Origin: Eledone cirrhosa
Lineage: Eukaryota
Assembly: GCA_964016885.1 (NCBI GenBank)
Contig: CAXHJY010000096.1
Location: 2,294,001 to 2,358,000, forward strand
Direction of reading: 5' to 3'
DNA: 64,000 bases
Positions 38,901 to 51,300 of this stretch are shown piece after piece; within the stretch, counting starts at the first letter, position 1, and every line of letters starts with the position of its first letter. The translations under genes were made by a program, and so were the position numbers. The notes below the pieces were generated by a model. The model was given only the letters and a program-made list of their open reading frames with translations. It searched no databases and was not told the DNA's origin.

Positions 38901-39356
38901 AATTTGTAAAAAAAAATCAGGGGGAGATAATTTGTAAAAAAAAATCAGGGGGAGATAATTTGCAAAAAAAATCAGGGGGAGATAATTTGTAAAAAAAAAT
39001 CAGGGGTAGATAATTTGTAAAAAAAAATCAGGGGGAGATAATTTGTAAAAAAAAATCAGGGGGAGATAATTTGTAAAAAAAATCAAGGGGAGATAATTTC
39101 CAGCCGTCCAAGGAGAGATAATTTAAAAAAAAATCAGGCGGAGATAATTTGTAAAAAAAAATCAGGGGGAGATAATTTGTAAAAAAAAATCAGGGGGAGA
39201 TAATTTGTAAAAAAAAATCAGGGGGAGATAATTTGTAAAAAAAATCAGGAGGAGATAATTTGTAAAAAAAATCAAGGGGAGATAATTTCCAGCCGTCCAA
39301 GGAGAGATAATTTAAAAAAAAATCAGGCGGAGATAATTTGTAAAAAAAAATCAGGG
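23915..39356 (+). repeat. Unit 1 of a ~15.3-15.4-kb tandem duplication
   Basis: ORF offsets of 15,442/15,441 (24694/40136, 29955/45396) and then 15,261 (31155/46416, 38361/53622). The TTTCTA marker lies at 23954 and 39396. Confidence 0.9.
31245..31775 (+). repeat. 255-bp tandem duplication (also ~46506-47036)
   Basis: GATACTTTGC at 31426 and 31681; CCAAGAAGAGG at 31287 and 31542. Confidence 0.88.
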
Positions 39357-42300
39357 GGAGATAATTTGTAAAAAAAAATCAGGGGGAGATAATTTCTAAA
39401 AAAAAATCAGGGGGAGATAATTTGCAAAAAAAAATCAGGGGGAGATAATTTGTAAAAAAAAATCAGGGGTAGATAATTTGTAAAAAAAAATCAGGGGGAG
39501 ATAATTTGTAAAAAAAAATCAGGGGGAGATAATTTGTAAAAAAAATCAAGGGGAGATAATTTCCAGCCGTCCAAGGAGAGATAATTTTAAAAAAAATCAG
39601 GAGGAGATAATTTGTAAAAAAAAATCAGGGGGAGATAATTTGTAAAAAAAATCAGGGGGAGATAATTTGTAAAAAAAAATCAGGGGTAGATAATTTGTAA
39701 AAAAAAATCAGGGGGAGATAATTTGTAAAAAAAAATCAGGGGGAGATAATTTGTAAAAAAAATCAAGGGGAGATAATTTCCAGCCGTCCAAGGAGAGATA
39801 ATTTAAAAAAAAATCAGGCGGAGATAATTTGTAAAAAAAAATTAGGGGGAGATAATTTGTAAAAAAAAATCAGGGGGAGATAATTTGTAAAAAAAATCAA
39901 GGGGAGATAATTTCCAGCCGTCCAAGGGGAGATAATTTTCAGCCGTCCAAGGGGAGATAATTTCCCGCCAGCCAAGGGAAGATAATATTCAAAAAAATCA
40001 GGCGGAGATAATTTGTAAAAAAAATCAGGGGGAGATAATTTGTAAAAAAATCAGGGGGAGATAATTTGTAAAAAAAAAAATCAGGGGGAGATAATTTGTA
40101 AAAAAAATCAGGGGGAGATAATTTGTAAAAAAAAATCAGGGGTAGATAATTTGTAAAAAAAAATCAGGGGGAGATAATTTGTAAAAAAAAATCAGGGGGA
40201 GATAATTTGTAAAAAAAATGAAAGGGGAGATAATATCCAGCCGTCCAAGGGGAGATAATTTCCAGCCGTCCAAGGGGAGATAATTTCCAGCCGTCCAAGG
40301 GGAGAAAATTTCCATCCTTCCAAGGGGATATAATTTCCAGCCGTCCAAGGGGAGATAATTTCCATCCTTCCAAGGGGATATAATTTCCAGCCGTCCAAGG
40401 GGAGATAATTTTCAGCCGTCCAAGGAGAGGTAATTTCTAGCCGTCCAAGGAGAGATAATTTCCAGCCGTCCAAGGGGAGATAATTTCCAGCCGTCCAAGG
40501 GGAGATAATTTCCAGCCGTCCAAGGAGACATATTTTCCAGCCGTCCAAGGAGAGGTAATTCCTAGCCGTCCAAGGGGAGATAAATTCCAGCCTCCAAGGG
40601 GAGATAATTTCCAGCCAGCCAAGGGGAGATAATTTGTAAAAAAAATCAGGGGGAGATAATTTCTAAAAAAAATCAGGGGGAGATAATTTGTAAAAAAAAA
40701 TCAGGGGGAGATAATTTGTAAAAAATAATCAGGGGGAGATAATTTGTAAAAAAAATCAAGGGGAGATAATTTCCAGCCGTCCAAGGGGAGATAATTTTCA
40801 GCCGTCCAAGGGGAGATAATTTCCCGCCAGCCAAGGGAAGATAATATTTAAAAAAATTAGGCGGAGATAATTTGTAAAAAAAATCAGGGGGAGATAATTT
40901 GTAAAAAAATCAGGGGGAGATAATTTGTAAAAAAAATCAGGGGGAGATAATTTGTAAAAAAAATCAGGGGGAGATAATTTGTAAAAAAAAATCAGGGGTA
41001 GATAATTTGTAAAAAAAAATCAGGGGGAGATAATTTGTAAAAAAAAATCAGGGGGAGATAATTTGTAAAAAAAATCAAGGGGAGATAATTTCCAGCCGTC
41101 CAAGGAGAGATAATTTAAAAAAAAATCAGGCGGAGATAATTTGTAAAAAAAATCAGGGGGAGATAATTTGTAAAAAAAAATCAGGGGGAGATAATTTGTA
41201 AAAAAAATCAAGGGGAGATAATTTCCAGCCGTCCAAGGGGAGATAATTTTCAGCCGTCCAAGGGGAGATAATTTCCCGCCAGCCAAGGGAAGATAATATT
41301 CAAAAAAATCAGGCGGAGATAATTTGTAAAAAAAATCAGGGGGAGATAATTTGTAAAAAAATCAGGGGGAGATAATTTGTAAAAAAAAAATCAGGGGGAG
41401 ATAATTTGTAAAAAAAATCAGGGGGAGATAATTTGTAAAAAAAAATCAGGGGTAGATAATTTGTAAAAAAAAATCAGGGGGAGATAATTTGTAAAAAAAA
41501 ATCAGGGGGAGATAATTTGTAAAAAAAATGAAAGGGGAGATAATATCCAGCCGTCCAAGGGGAGATAATTTCCAGCCGTCCAAGGGGAGATAATTTCCAG
41601 CCGTCCAAGGGGAGATAATTTCCATCCTTCCAAGGGGATATAATTTCCAGCCGTCCAAGGGGAGATAATTTCCATCCTTCCAAGGGGATATAATTTCCAG
41701 CCGTCCAAGGGGAGATAATTTTCAGCCGTCCAAGGAGAGGTAATTTCTAGCCGTCCAAGGAGAGATAATTTCCAGCCGTCCAAGGGGAGATAATTTCCAG
41801 CCGTCCAAGGGGAGATAATTTCCAGCCGTCCAAGGAGACATATTTTCCAGCCGTCCAAGGAGAGGTAATTCCTAGCCGTCCAAGGGGAGATAAATTCCAG
41901 CCTCCAAGGGGAGATAATTTCCAGCCAGCCAAGGGGAGATAATTTGTAAAAAAAATCAGGGGGAGATAATTTGTAAAAAAAATCAGGGGGAGATAAATTG
42001 TAAAAAAAAATCAGGGGGAGATAATTTGTAAAAAAAATCAAGGGGAGATAATTTCCAGCCGTCCAAGGGGAGATAATTTTCAGCCGTCCAAGGGGAGATA
42101 ATTTCCCGCCAGCCAAGGGAAGATAATATTCAAAAAAATCAGGCGGAGATAATTTGTAAAAAAAATCAGGGGGAGATAATTTGTAAAAAAATCAGGGGGA
42201 GATAATTTGTAAAAAAAAAATCAGGGGGAGATAATTTGTAAAAAAAATCAGGGGGAGATAATTTGTAAAAAAAAATCAGGGGTAGATAATTTGTAAAAAA

Positions 42301-45300
42301 AAATCAGGGGGAGATAATTTGTAAAAAAAAATCAGGGGGAGATAATTTGTAAAAAAAATGAAAGGGGAGATAATATCCAGCCGTCCAAGGGGAGATAATT
42401 TCCAGCCGTCCAAGGGGAGATAATATCCAGCCGTCCAAGGGGAGATAATTTCCATCCTTCCAAGGGGATATAATTTCCAGCCGTCCAAGGGGAGATAATT
42501 TCCATCCTTCCAAGGGGATATAATTTCCAGCCGTCCAAGGGGAGATAATTTTCAGCCGTCCAAGGAGAGGTAATTTCTAGCCGTCCAAGGAGAGATAATT
42601 TCCAGCCGTCCAAGGGGAGATAATTTCCAGCCGTCCAAGGGGAGATAATTTCCAGCCGTCCAAGGAGACATATTTTCCAGCCGTCCAAGGAGAGGTAATT
42701 CCTAGCCGTCCAAGGGGAGATAAATTCCAGCCTCCAAGGGGAGATAATTTCCAGCCAGCCAAGGGGAGATAATTTGTAAAAAAAATCAGGGGGAAATAAT
42801 TTGTAAAAAAAATCAGGGGGAGATAATTTGTAAAAAAAATCAGGGGGAGATAATTTGTAAAAAATAATCAGGGGGAGATAATTTGTAAAAAAAATCAAGG
42901 GGAGATAATTTCCAGCCGTCCAAGGGGAGATAATTTTCAGCCGTCCAAGGGGAGATAATTTCCCGCCAGCCAAGGGAAGATAATATTTTAAAAAATTAGG
43001 CGGAGATAATTTGTAAAAAAATCAGGGGGAGATAATTTGTAAAAAAATCAGGGGGAGATAATTTGTAAAAAAAATCAGGGGGAGATAATTTGTAAAAAAA
43101 ATCAGGGGGAGATAATTTGTAAAAAAAAATCAGGGGTAGATAATTTGTAAAAAAAAATCAGGGGGAGATAATTTGTAAAAAAATTCAAGGGGAGATAATT
43201 TCCAGCCGTCCAAGGGAAGATAATTTCCAGCCCTCCAAGGGGCTATAATTTCCAGCGTCCAAGGGGAGATAATTTCCAGCCAGCGAAGGGGAGATAATTT
43301 TTTAAAAAAAATCATTGGGAGATTTGTAAAAAAAATCAGGGGGAGATAATTTGTAAAAAAAATCAAGGGGAGATAATTTCCAGCCGTCCAAGGGGAGGTA
43401 ATATCTAGCCGTCCAAGGGTAGATAATTTCCAGCCGTCCAACGGGAGATAATTTCCAGCCGTCCAAGGGTAGATAATATCCAGCCGCCCAAGGACATATT
43501 TTCCAGCCGTCCAAGGAGAGGTAATTTCTAGCCGTCCAAGGGGAGATAATTTCCAGCCGTCCAAGGGTAGATAATATCCAGCCGTCCAAGGACATATTTT
43601 CCAGCCGTCCAAGGAGAGGTAATTTCTAGCCGTCCAAGGGGAGATAAATTCCAGCCTCCAAGGGGAGATAATTTCCAGCCAGCCAAGGGGAGATAATTTG
43701 TAAAAAAATCAGGGGGAGATAATTTGTAAAAAAAATCAGGGGGAGATAATTTGTAAAAAAAAATCAGGGGGAGATAATTTGTAAAAAAAAATCAGGGGGA
43801 GATAATTTGCAAAAAAAATCAGGGGGAGATAATTTGTAAAAAAAAATCAGGGGTAGATAATTTGTAAAAAAAAATCAGGGGGAGATTTGTAAAAAAAAAT
43901 CAGGGGGAGATAATTTGTAAAAAAAATCAAGGGGAGATAATTTCCAGCCGTCCAAGGAGAGATAATTTTAAAAAAAATCAGGCGGAGATAATTTGTAAAA
44001 AAAATCAGGGGGAGATAATTTGTAAAAAAAAATCAGGGGGAGATAATTTGTAAAAAAAAATCAGGGGGAGATAATTTGTAAAAAAAATCAGGAGATAATT
44101 TGTAAAAATAATCAAGGGGAGATAATTTCCAGCCGTCCAAGGAGAGATAATTTAAAAAAAAATCAGGCGGAGATAATTTGTAGAAAAAAATCAGGGGGAG
44201 ATAATTTGTAAAAAAAAATCAGGGGGAGATAATTTGTAAAAAAAATCAAGGGGAGATAATTTCCAGCCGTCCAAGGGGAGATAATTTTCAGCCGTCCAAG
44301 GGGAGATAATTTCCCGCCAGCCAAGGGAAGATAATATTCAAAAAAATCAGGCGGAGATAATTTGTAAAAAAAATCAGGGGGAGATAATTTGTAAAAAAAT
44401 CAGGGGGAGATAATTTGTAAAAAAAAAAATCAGGGGGAGATAATTTTTAAAAAAAATCAGGGGGAGATAATTTGTAAAAAAAAATCAGGGGTAGATAATT
44501 TGTAAAAAAAAATCAGGGGGAGATAATTTGTAAAAAAAAATCAGGGGGAGATAATTTGTAAAAAAAATGAAAGGGGAGATAATATCCAGCCGTCCAAGGG
44601 GAGATAATTTCCAGCCGTCCAAGGGGAGATAATTTCCAGCCGTCCAAGGGGAGATAATTTCCATCCTTCCAAGGGGATATAATTTCCAGCCGTCCAAGGG
44701 GAGATAATTTCCATCCTTCCAAGGGGATATAATTTCCAGCCGTCCAAGGGGAGATAATTTTCAGCCGTCCAAGGAGAGGTAATTTCTAGCCGTCCAAGGA
44801 GAGATAATTTCCAGCCGTCCAAGGGGAGATAATTTCCAGCCGTCCAAGGGGAGATAATTTCCAGCCGTCCAAGGAGACATATTTTCCAGCCGTCCAAGGA
44901 GAGGTAATTCCTAGCCGTCCAAGGGGAGATAAATTCCAGCCTCCAAGGGGAGATAATTTCCAGCCAGCCAAGGGGAGATCATTTGTAAAAAAAATCAGGG
45001 GGAGATAATTTGTAAAAAAAATCAGGGGGAGATAATTTGTAAAAAAAAATCAGAGGGAGATAATTTGTAAAAAATAATCAGGGGGAGATAATTTGTAAAA
45101 AAAATCAAGGGGAGATAATTTCCAGCCGTCCAAGGGGAGATAATTTTCAGCCGTCCAAGGGGAGATAATTTCCCGCCAGCCAAGGGAAGATAATATTTAA
45201 AAAAATTAGGCGGAGATAATTTGTAAAAAAAATCAGGGGGAGATAATTTGTAAAAAAATCAGGGGGAGATAATTTGTAAAAAAAATCAGGGGGAGATAAT

Positions 45301-48300
45301 TTGTAAAAAAAAATCAGGGGTAGATAATTTGTAAAAAAAAATCAGGGGGAGATAATTTGTAAAAAAAATCAGGGGGAGATAATTTGTAAAAAAAATCAGG
45401 GGGAGATAATTTGTAAAAAAAAATCAGGGGTAGATAATTTGTAAAAAAAAATCAGGGGGAGATAATTTGTAAAAAAAATCAAGGGGAGATAATTTCCAGC
45501 CGTCCAAGGGGCTATAATTTCCAGCGTCCAAGGGGAGATAATTTCCAGCCAGCGAAGGGGAGATAATTTTTTTTTCAAAATCATTGGGAGATTTGTAAAA
45601 AAAATCAGGGGGAGATAATTTGTAAAAAAAATCAAGGGGAGATAATTTCCAGCCGTCCAAGGGGAGGTAATATCTAGCCGTCCAAGGGGAGATAATTTCC
45701 AGCCGTCCAAGGGTAGATAATATCCAGCCGTCCAAGGACATATTTTCCAGCCGTCCAAGGAGAGGTAATTTCTAGCCGTCCAAGGGGAGATAAATTCCAG
45801 CCTCCAAGGGGAGATAATTTCCAGCCAGCCAAGGGGAGATAATTTGTAAAAAAATCAGGGGGAGATAATTTGTAAAAAAAATCAGGGGGAGATAATTTGT
45901 AAAAAAAAATCAGGGGGAGATAATTTGTAAAAAAAATCAGGGGGAGATAATTTGTAAAAAAATCAGGGGGAGATAATTTGTAAAAGAAAAATCAGGGGGA
46001 GATAATTTGTAAAAAAAATCAGGGGGAGATAATTTGTAAAAAAAAATCAGGGGTAGATAATTTGTAAAAAAAAATCAGGGGGAGATAATTTGTAAAAAAA
46101 ATCAGAGGGAGATAATTTGTAAAAAAAATGAAAGGGGAGATAATATCCAGCCGTCCAAGGGGAGATAATTTCCAGCCGTCCAAGGGGAGATAATTTCCAG
46201 CCGTCCAAGGGGAGATAATTTCCATCCTTCCAAGGGGAGATAATTTCCCGCCAGCCAAGGGAAGATAATATTTAAAAAAATTAGGCGGAGATAATTTGTA
46301 AAAAAAATCAGGGGGAGATAATTTGTAAAAAAATCAGGGGGAGATAATTTGTAAAAAAAATCAGGGGGAGATAATTTGTAAAAAAAATCATGGGGAGATA
46401 ATTTGTAAAAAAAAATCAGGGGTAGATAATTTGTAAAAAAAAATCAGGGGGAGATAATTTGTAAAAAAAAATCAGGGGGAGATAATTTGTAAAAAAATCA
46501 AGGGGAGATAATTTCCAGCCGTCCAAGGGGAGATAATTTTCAGCCGTCCAAGAAGAGGTAATTTCTAGCCGTCCAAGGGGAGATAATTTCCAGCCGTCCA
46601 AGGGGAGGTAATTTCCAGCCGTCCAAGGGGAGATAATTTTTTAAAAAAAATCAGGCGGAGATAATTTGTAAAAAAAATCAAGGGGAGATACTTTGCAGCC
46701 GTCCAAGGGGAGATAATTTTCAGTCGTCCAAGGAGAGGTAATTTCTAGCCGTCCAAGGGGAGATAATTTCCAGCCGTCCAAGGGGAGATAATTTTCAGCC
46801 GTCCAAGAAGAGGTAATTTCTAGCCGTCCAAGGGGAGATAATTTCCAGCCGTCCAAGGGGAGGTAATTTCCAGCCGTCCAAGGGGAGATAATTTTTAAAA
46901 AAAAATCAGGCGGAGATAATTTGTAAAAAAAATCAAGGGGAGATACTTTGCAGCCGTCCAAGGGGAGATAATTTTCAGTCGTCCAAGGAGAGGTAATTTC
47001 TAGCCGTCCAAGGGGAGATAATTTCCAGCCGTCCAAGGGGAGATAATTTCCAGCCGTCCAAGGGGAGATAATTTTTTTTTAAAAATCAGGCGGAGATAAT
47101 TTGTAAAAAAAATCAGGGGGAGATAATTTGTAAACAAAATCAGGGGGAGATAATTTGTAAAAAAAAATCAGGGGGAGATAATTTGTAAAAAAAATCAAGG
47201 AGAGATAATTTCCAGCCGTCCAAGGGAAGATAATTTCCAGCCGTCCAAGGAGACATATTTTCCAGCCGTCCAAGGCGAGGTAATTTCTAGCCGTCCAAGG
47301 GGAGATAAATTCCAGCCTCCAAGGGGAGATAATTTCCAGCCAGCCAAGGGGAGATAATTTGTAAAAAAATCAGGGGGAGATAATTTGTAAAAAATATCAG
47401 GGAGATAATTTGTAAAAAAAAATCAGGGGGAGATAATTTGTAAAAAAAATCAGGGGGAGATAATTTGTAAAAAAAAATCAGGGGGAGATAATTTGTAAAA
47501 AAAATCAAGGGGAGACAATTTCCAGCCGTCCAAGGGGAGATAATTTTCAGCCGTCCAAGGAGAGGTAATTTCTAGCCGTCCGAGGAGAGATAATTTCCAG
47601 CCGTCCAAGGGGAGATAATTTCCAGCCGTCCAAGGGGAGATAATTTCCAGCCGTCCAAGGAGACATATTTTCCAGCCGTCCAAGGAGAGGTAATTTCTAG
47701 CCGTCCAAGGGGAGATAAATTCCAGCCTCCAAGGGGAGATAATTTCCAGCCAGCCAAGGGGAAATAATTTGTAAAAAAATCAGGGGGAGATAATTTGCAA
47801 AAAAAATCAGGGGGAGATAATTTGTAAAAAAAATCAGGGGGAGATAATTTGTAAAAAATAATCAGGGGGAGATAATTTCCAGCCGTCCAAGGGGAGATAA
47901 TTTAAAAAAAAATCAGGCGGAGATAATTTGTAAAAAAAAATCAGGGGGAGATAATTTGTAAAAAAAAATCAGGGGGAGATAATTTGTAAAAAAAATCAAG
48001 GGGAGATAATTTCCAGCCGTCCAAGGGGAGATAATTTTCAGCCGTCCAAGGGGAGATAATTTCCCGCCAGCCAAGGGAAGATAATATTTAAAAAAATCAG
48101 GCGGAGATAATTTGTAAAAAAAATCAGGGGGAGATAATTTGTAAAAAAATCAGGGGGAGATAATTTGTAAAAAAAAATCAGGGGGAGATAATTTGTAAAA
48201 AAAATCAGGGGGAGATAATTTGTAAAAAAAAATCAGGGGTAGATAATTTGTAAAAAAAAATCAGGGGGAGATAATTTGTAAAAAAAAATCAGGGGGAGAT

Positions 48301-51300
48301 AATTTGTAAAAAAAATGAAAGGGGAGATAATATCCAGCCGTCCAAGGGGAGATAATTTCCAGCCGTCCAAGGGGAGATAATTTCCAGCCGTCCAAGGGGA
48401 GATAATTTCCATCCTTCCAAGGGGATATAATTTCCAGCCGTCCAAGGGGAGATAATTTTCAGCCGTCCAAGGAGAGGTAATTTCTAGCCGTCCAAGGAGA
48501 GATAATTTCCAGCCGTCCAAGGGGAGATAATTTCCAGCCGTCCAAGGGAAGATAATTTCCAGCCGTCCAAGGATACATATTTTCCAGCCGTCCAAGGAGA
48601 GGTAATTCCTAGCCGTCCAAGGGGAGATAAATTCCAGCCTCCAAGGGGAGATAATTTCCAGCCAGCCAAGGGGAGATAATTTGTAAAAAAAATCAGGGGG
48701 AGATAATTTGTAAAAAAAATCAGGGGGAGATAATTTGTAAAAAAAAATCAGGGGGAGATAATTTGTAAAAAATAATCAGGGGGAGATAATTTGTAAAAAA
48801 AATCAAGGGGAGATAATTTCCAGCCGTCCAAGGGGAGATAATTTTCAGCCGTCCAAGGGGAGATAATTTCCCGCCAGCCAAGGGAAGATAATATTTAAAA
48901 AAATTAGGCGGAGATAATTTGTAAAAAAAATCAGGGGGAGATAATTTGTAAAAAAATCAGGGGGAGATAATTTGTAAAAAAAATCAGGGGGAGATAATTT
49001 GTAAAAAAAATCAGGGGGAGATAATTTGTAAAAAAAATCAGGGGTAGATAATTTGTAAAAAAAAATCAGGGGGAGATAATTTGTAAAAAAAATCAAGGGG
49101 AGATAATTTCCAGCCGTCCAAGGGAAGATAATTTCCAGCCCTCCAAGGGGCTATAATTTCCAGCGTCCAAGGGGAGATAATTTCCAGCCAGCGAAGGGGA
49201 GATAATTTTTTTTAAAAAATCATTGGGAGATTTGTAAAAAAAATCAGGGGGAGATAATTTGTAAAAAAAATCAAGGGGAGATAATTTCCAGCCGTCCAAG
49301 GGGAGGTAATATCTAGCCGTCCAAGGGTAGATAATTTCCAGCCGTCCAACGGGAGATAATTTCCAGCCGTCCAAGGGTAGATAATATCCAGCCGCCCAAG
49401 GACATATTTTCCAGCCGTCCAAGGAGAGGTAATTTCTAGCCGTCCAAGGGGAGATAATTTCCAGCCGTCCAAGGGTAGATAATATCCAGCCGTCCAAGGA
49501 CATATTTTCCAGCCGTCCAAGGAGAGGTAATTTCTAGCCGTCCAAGGGGAGATAAATTCCAGCCGCCAAGGGGAGATAATTTCCAGCCAGCCAAGGGGAG
49601 ATAATTTGTAAAAAAATCAGGGGGAGATAATTTGTAAAAAAAATCAGGGGGAGATAATTTGTAAAAAAAAATCAGGGGGAGATAATTTGTAAAAAAAAAT
49701 CAGGGGGAGATAATTTGCAAAAAAAATCAGGGGGAGATAATTTGTAAAAAAAAATCAGGGGTAGATAATTTGTAAAAAAAAATCAGGGGGAGATAATTTG
49801 TAAAAAAAATCAAGGGGAGATAATTTCCAGCCGTCCAAGGAGAGATAATTTCCAGCCGTCCAAGGAGAGATAATTTTAAAAAAAATCAGGCGGAGATAAT
49901 TTGTAAAAAAAAATCAGGGGGAGATAATTTGTAAAAAAAATCAGGGGGAGATAATTTGTAAAAAAAAATCAGGGGTAGATAATTTGTAAAAAAAAATCAG
50001 GGGGAGATAATTTGTAAAAAAAAATCAGGAGGAGATAATTTGTAAAAAAAATCAAGGGGAGATAATTTCCAGCCGTCCAAGGAGAGATAATTTAAAAAAA
50101 AATCAGGCGGAGATAATTTGTAAAAAAAAATCAGGGGGAGATAATTTGTAAAAAAAAATCAGGGGGAGATAATTTGTAAAAAAAAATCAAGGGGAGATAA
50201 TTTTCAGCCGTCCAAGGGGAGATAATTTCCCGCCAGCCAAGGGAAGATAATATTCAAAAAAATCAGGCGGAGATAATTTGTAAAAAAAATCAGGGGGAGA
50301 TAATTTGTAAAAAAATCAGGGGGAAATAATTTGTAAAAAAAAAAAATCAGGGAGAGATAATTTTTAAAAAAAATCAGGGGGAGATAATTTGTAAAAAAAA
50401 ATCAGGGGTAGATAATTTGTAAAAAAAAATCAGGGGGAGATAATTTGTAAAAAAAAATCAGGGGGAGATAATTTGTAAAAAAAATGAAAGGGGAGATAAT
50501 ATCCAGCCGTCCAAGGGGAGATAATTTCCAGCCGTCCAAGGGGAGATAATTTCCAGCCGTCCAAGGGGAGATAATTTCCATCCTTCCAAGGGGATATAAT
50601 TTCCAGCCGTCCAAGGGGAGATAATTTCCATCCTTCCAAGGGGATATAATTTCCAGCCGTCCAAGGGGAGATAATTTTCAGCCGTCCAAGGAGAGGTAAT
50701 TTCTAGCCGTCCAAGGAGAGATAATTTCCAGCCGTCCAAGGGGAGATAATTTCCAGCCGTCCAAGGGGAGATAATTTCCAGCCGTCCAAGGAGACATATT
50801 TTCCAGCCGTCCAAGGAGAGGTAATTCCTAGCCGTCCAAGGGGAGATAAATTCCAGCCTCCAAGGGGAGATAATTTCCAGCCAGCCAAGGGGAGATCATT
50901 TGTAAAAAAAATCAGGGGGAGATAATTTGTAAAAAAAATCAGGGGGAGATAATTTGTAAAAAAAAATCAGAGGGAGATAATTTGTAAAAAATAATCAGGG
51001 GGAGATAATTTGTAAAAAAAATCAAGGGGAGATAATTTCCAGCCGTCCAAGGGGAGATAATTTTCAGCCGTCCAAGGGGAGATAATTTCCCGCCAGCCAA
51101 GGGAAGATAATATTTAAAAAAATTAGGCGGAGATAATTTGTAAAAAAAATCAGGGGGAGATAATTTGTAAAAAAATCAGGGGGAGATAATTTGTAAAAAA
51201 AATCAGGGGGAGATAATTTGTAAAAAAAAATCAGGGGTAGATAATTTGTAAAAAAAAATCAGGGGGAGATAATTTGTAAAAAAAATCAGGGGGAGATAAT

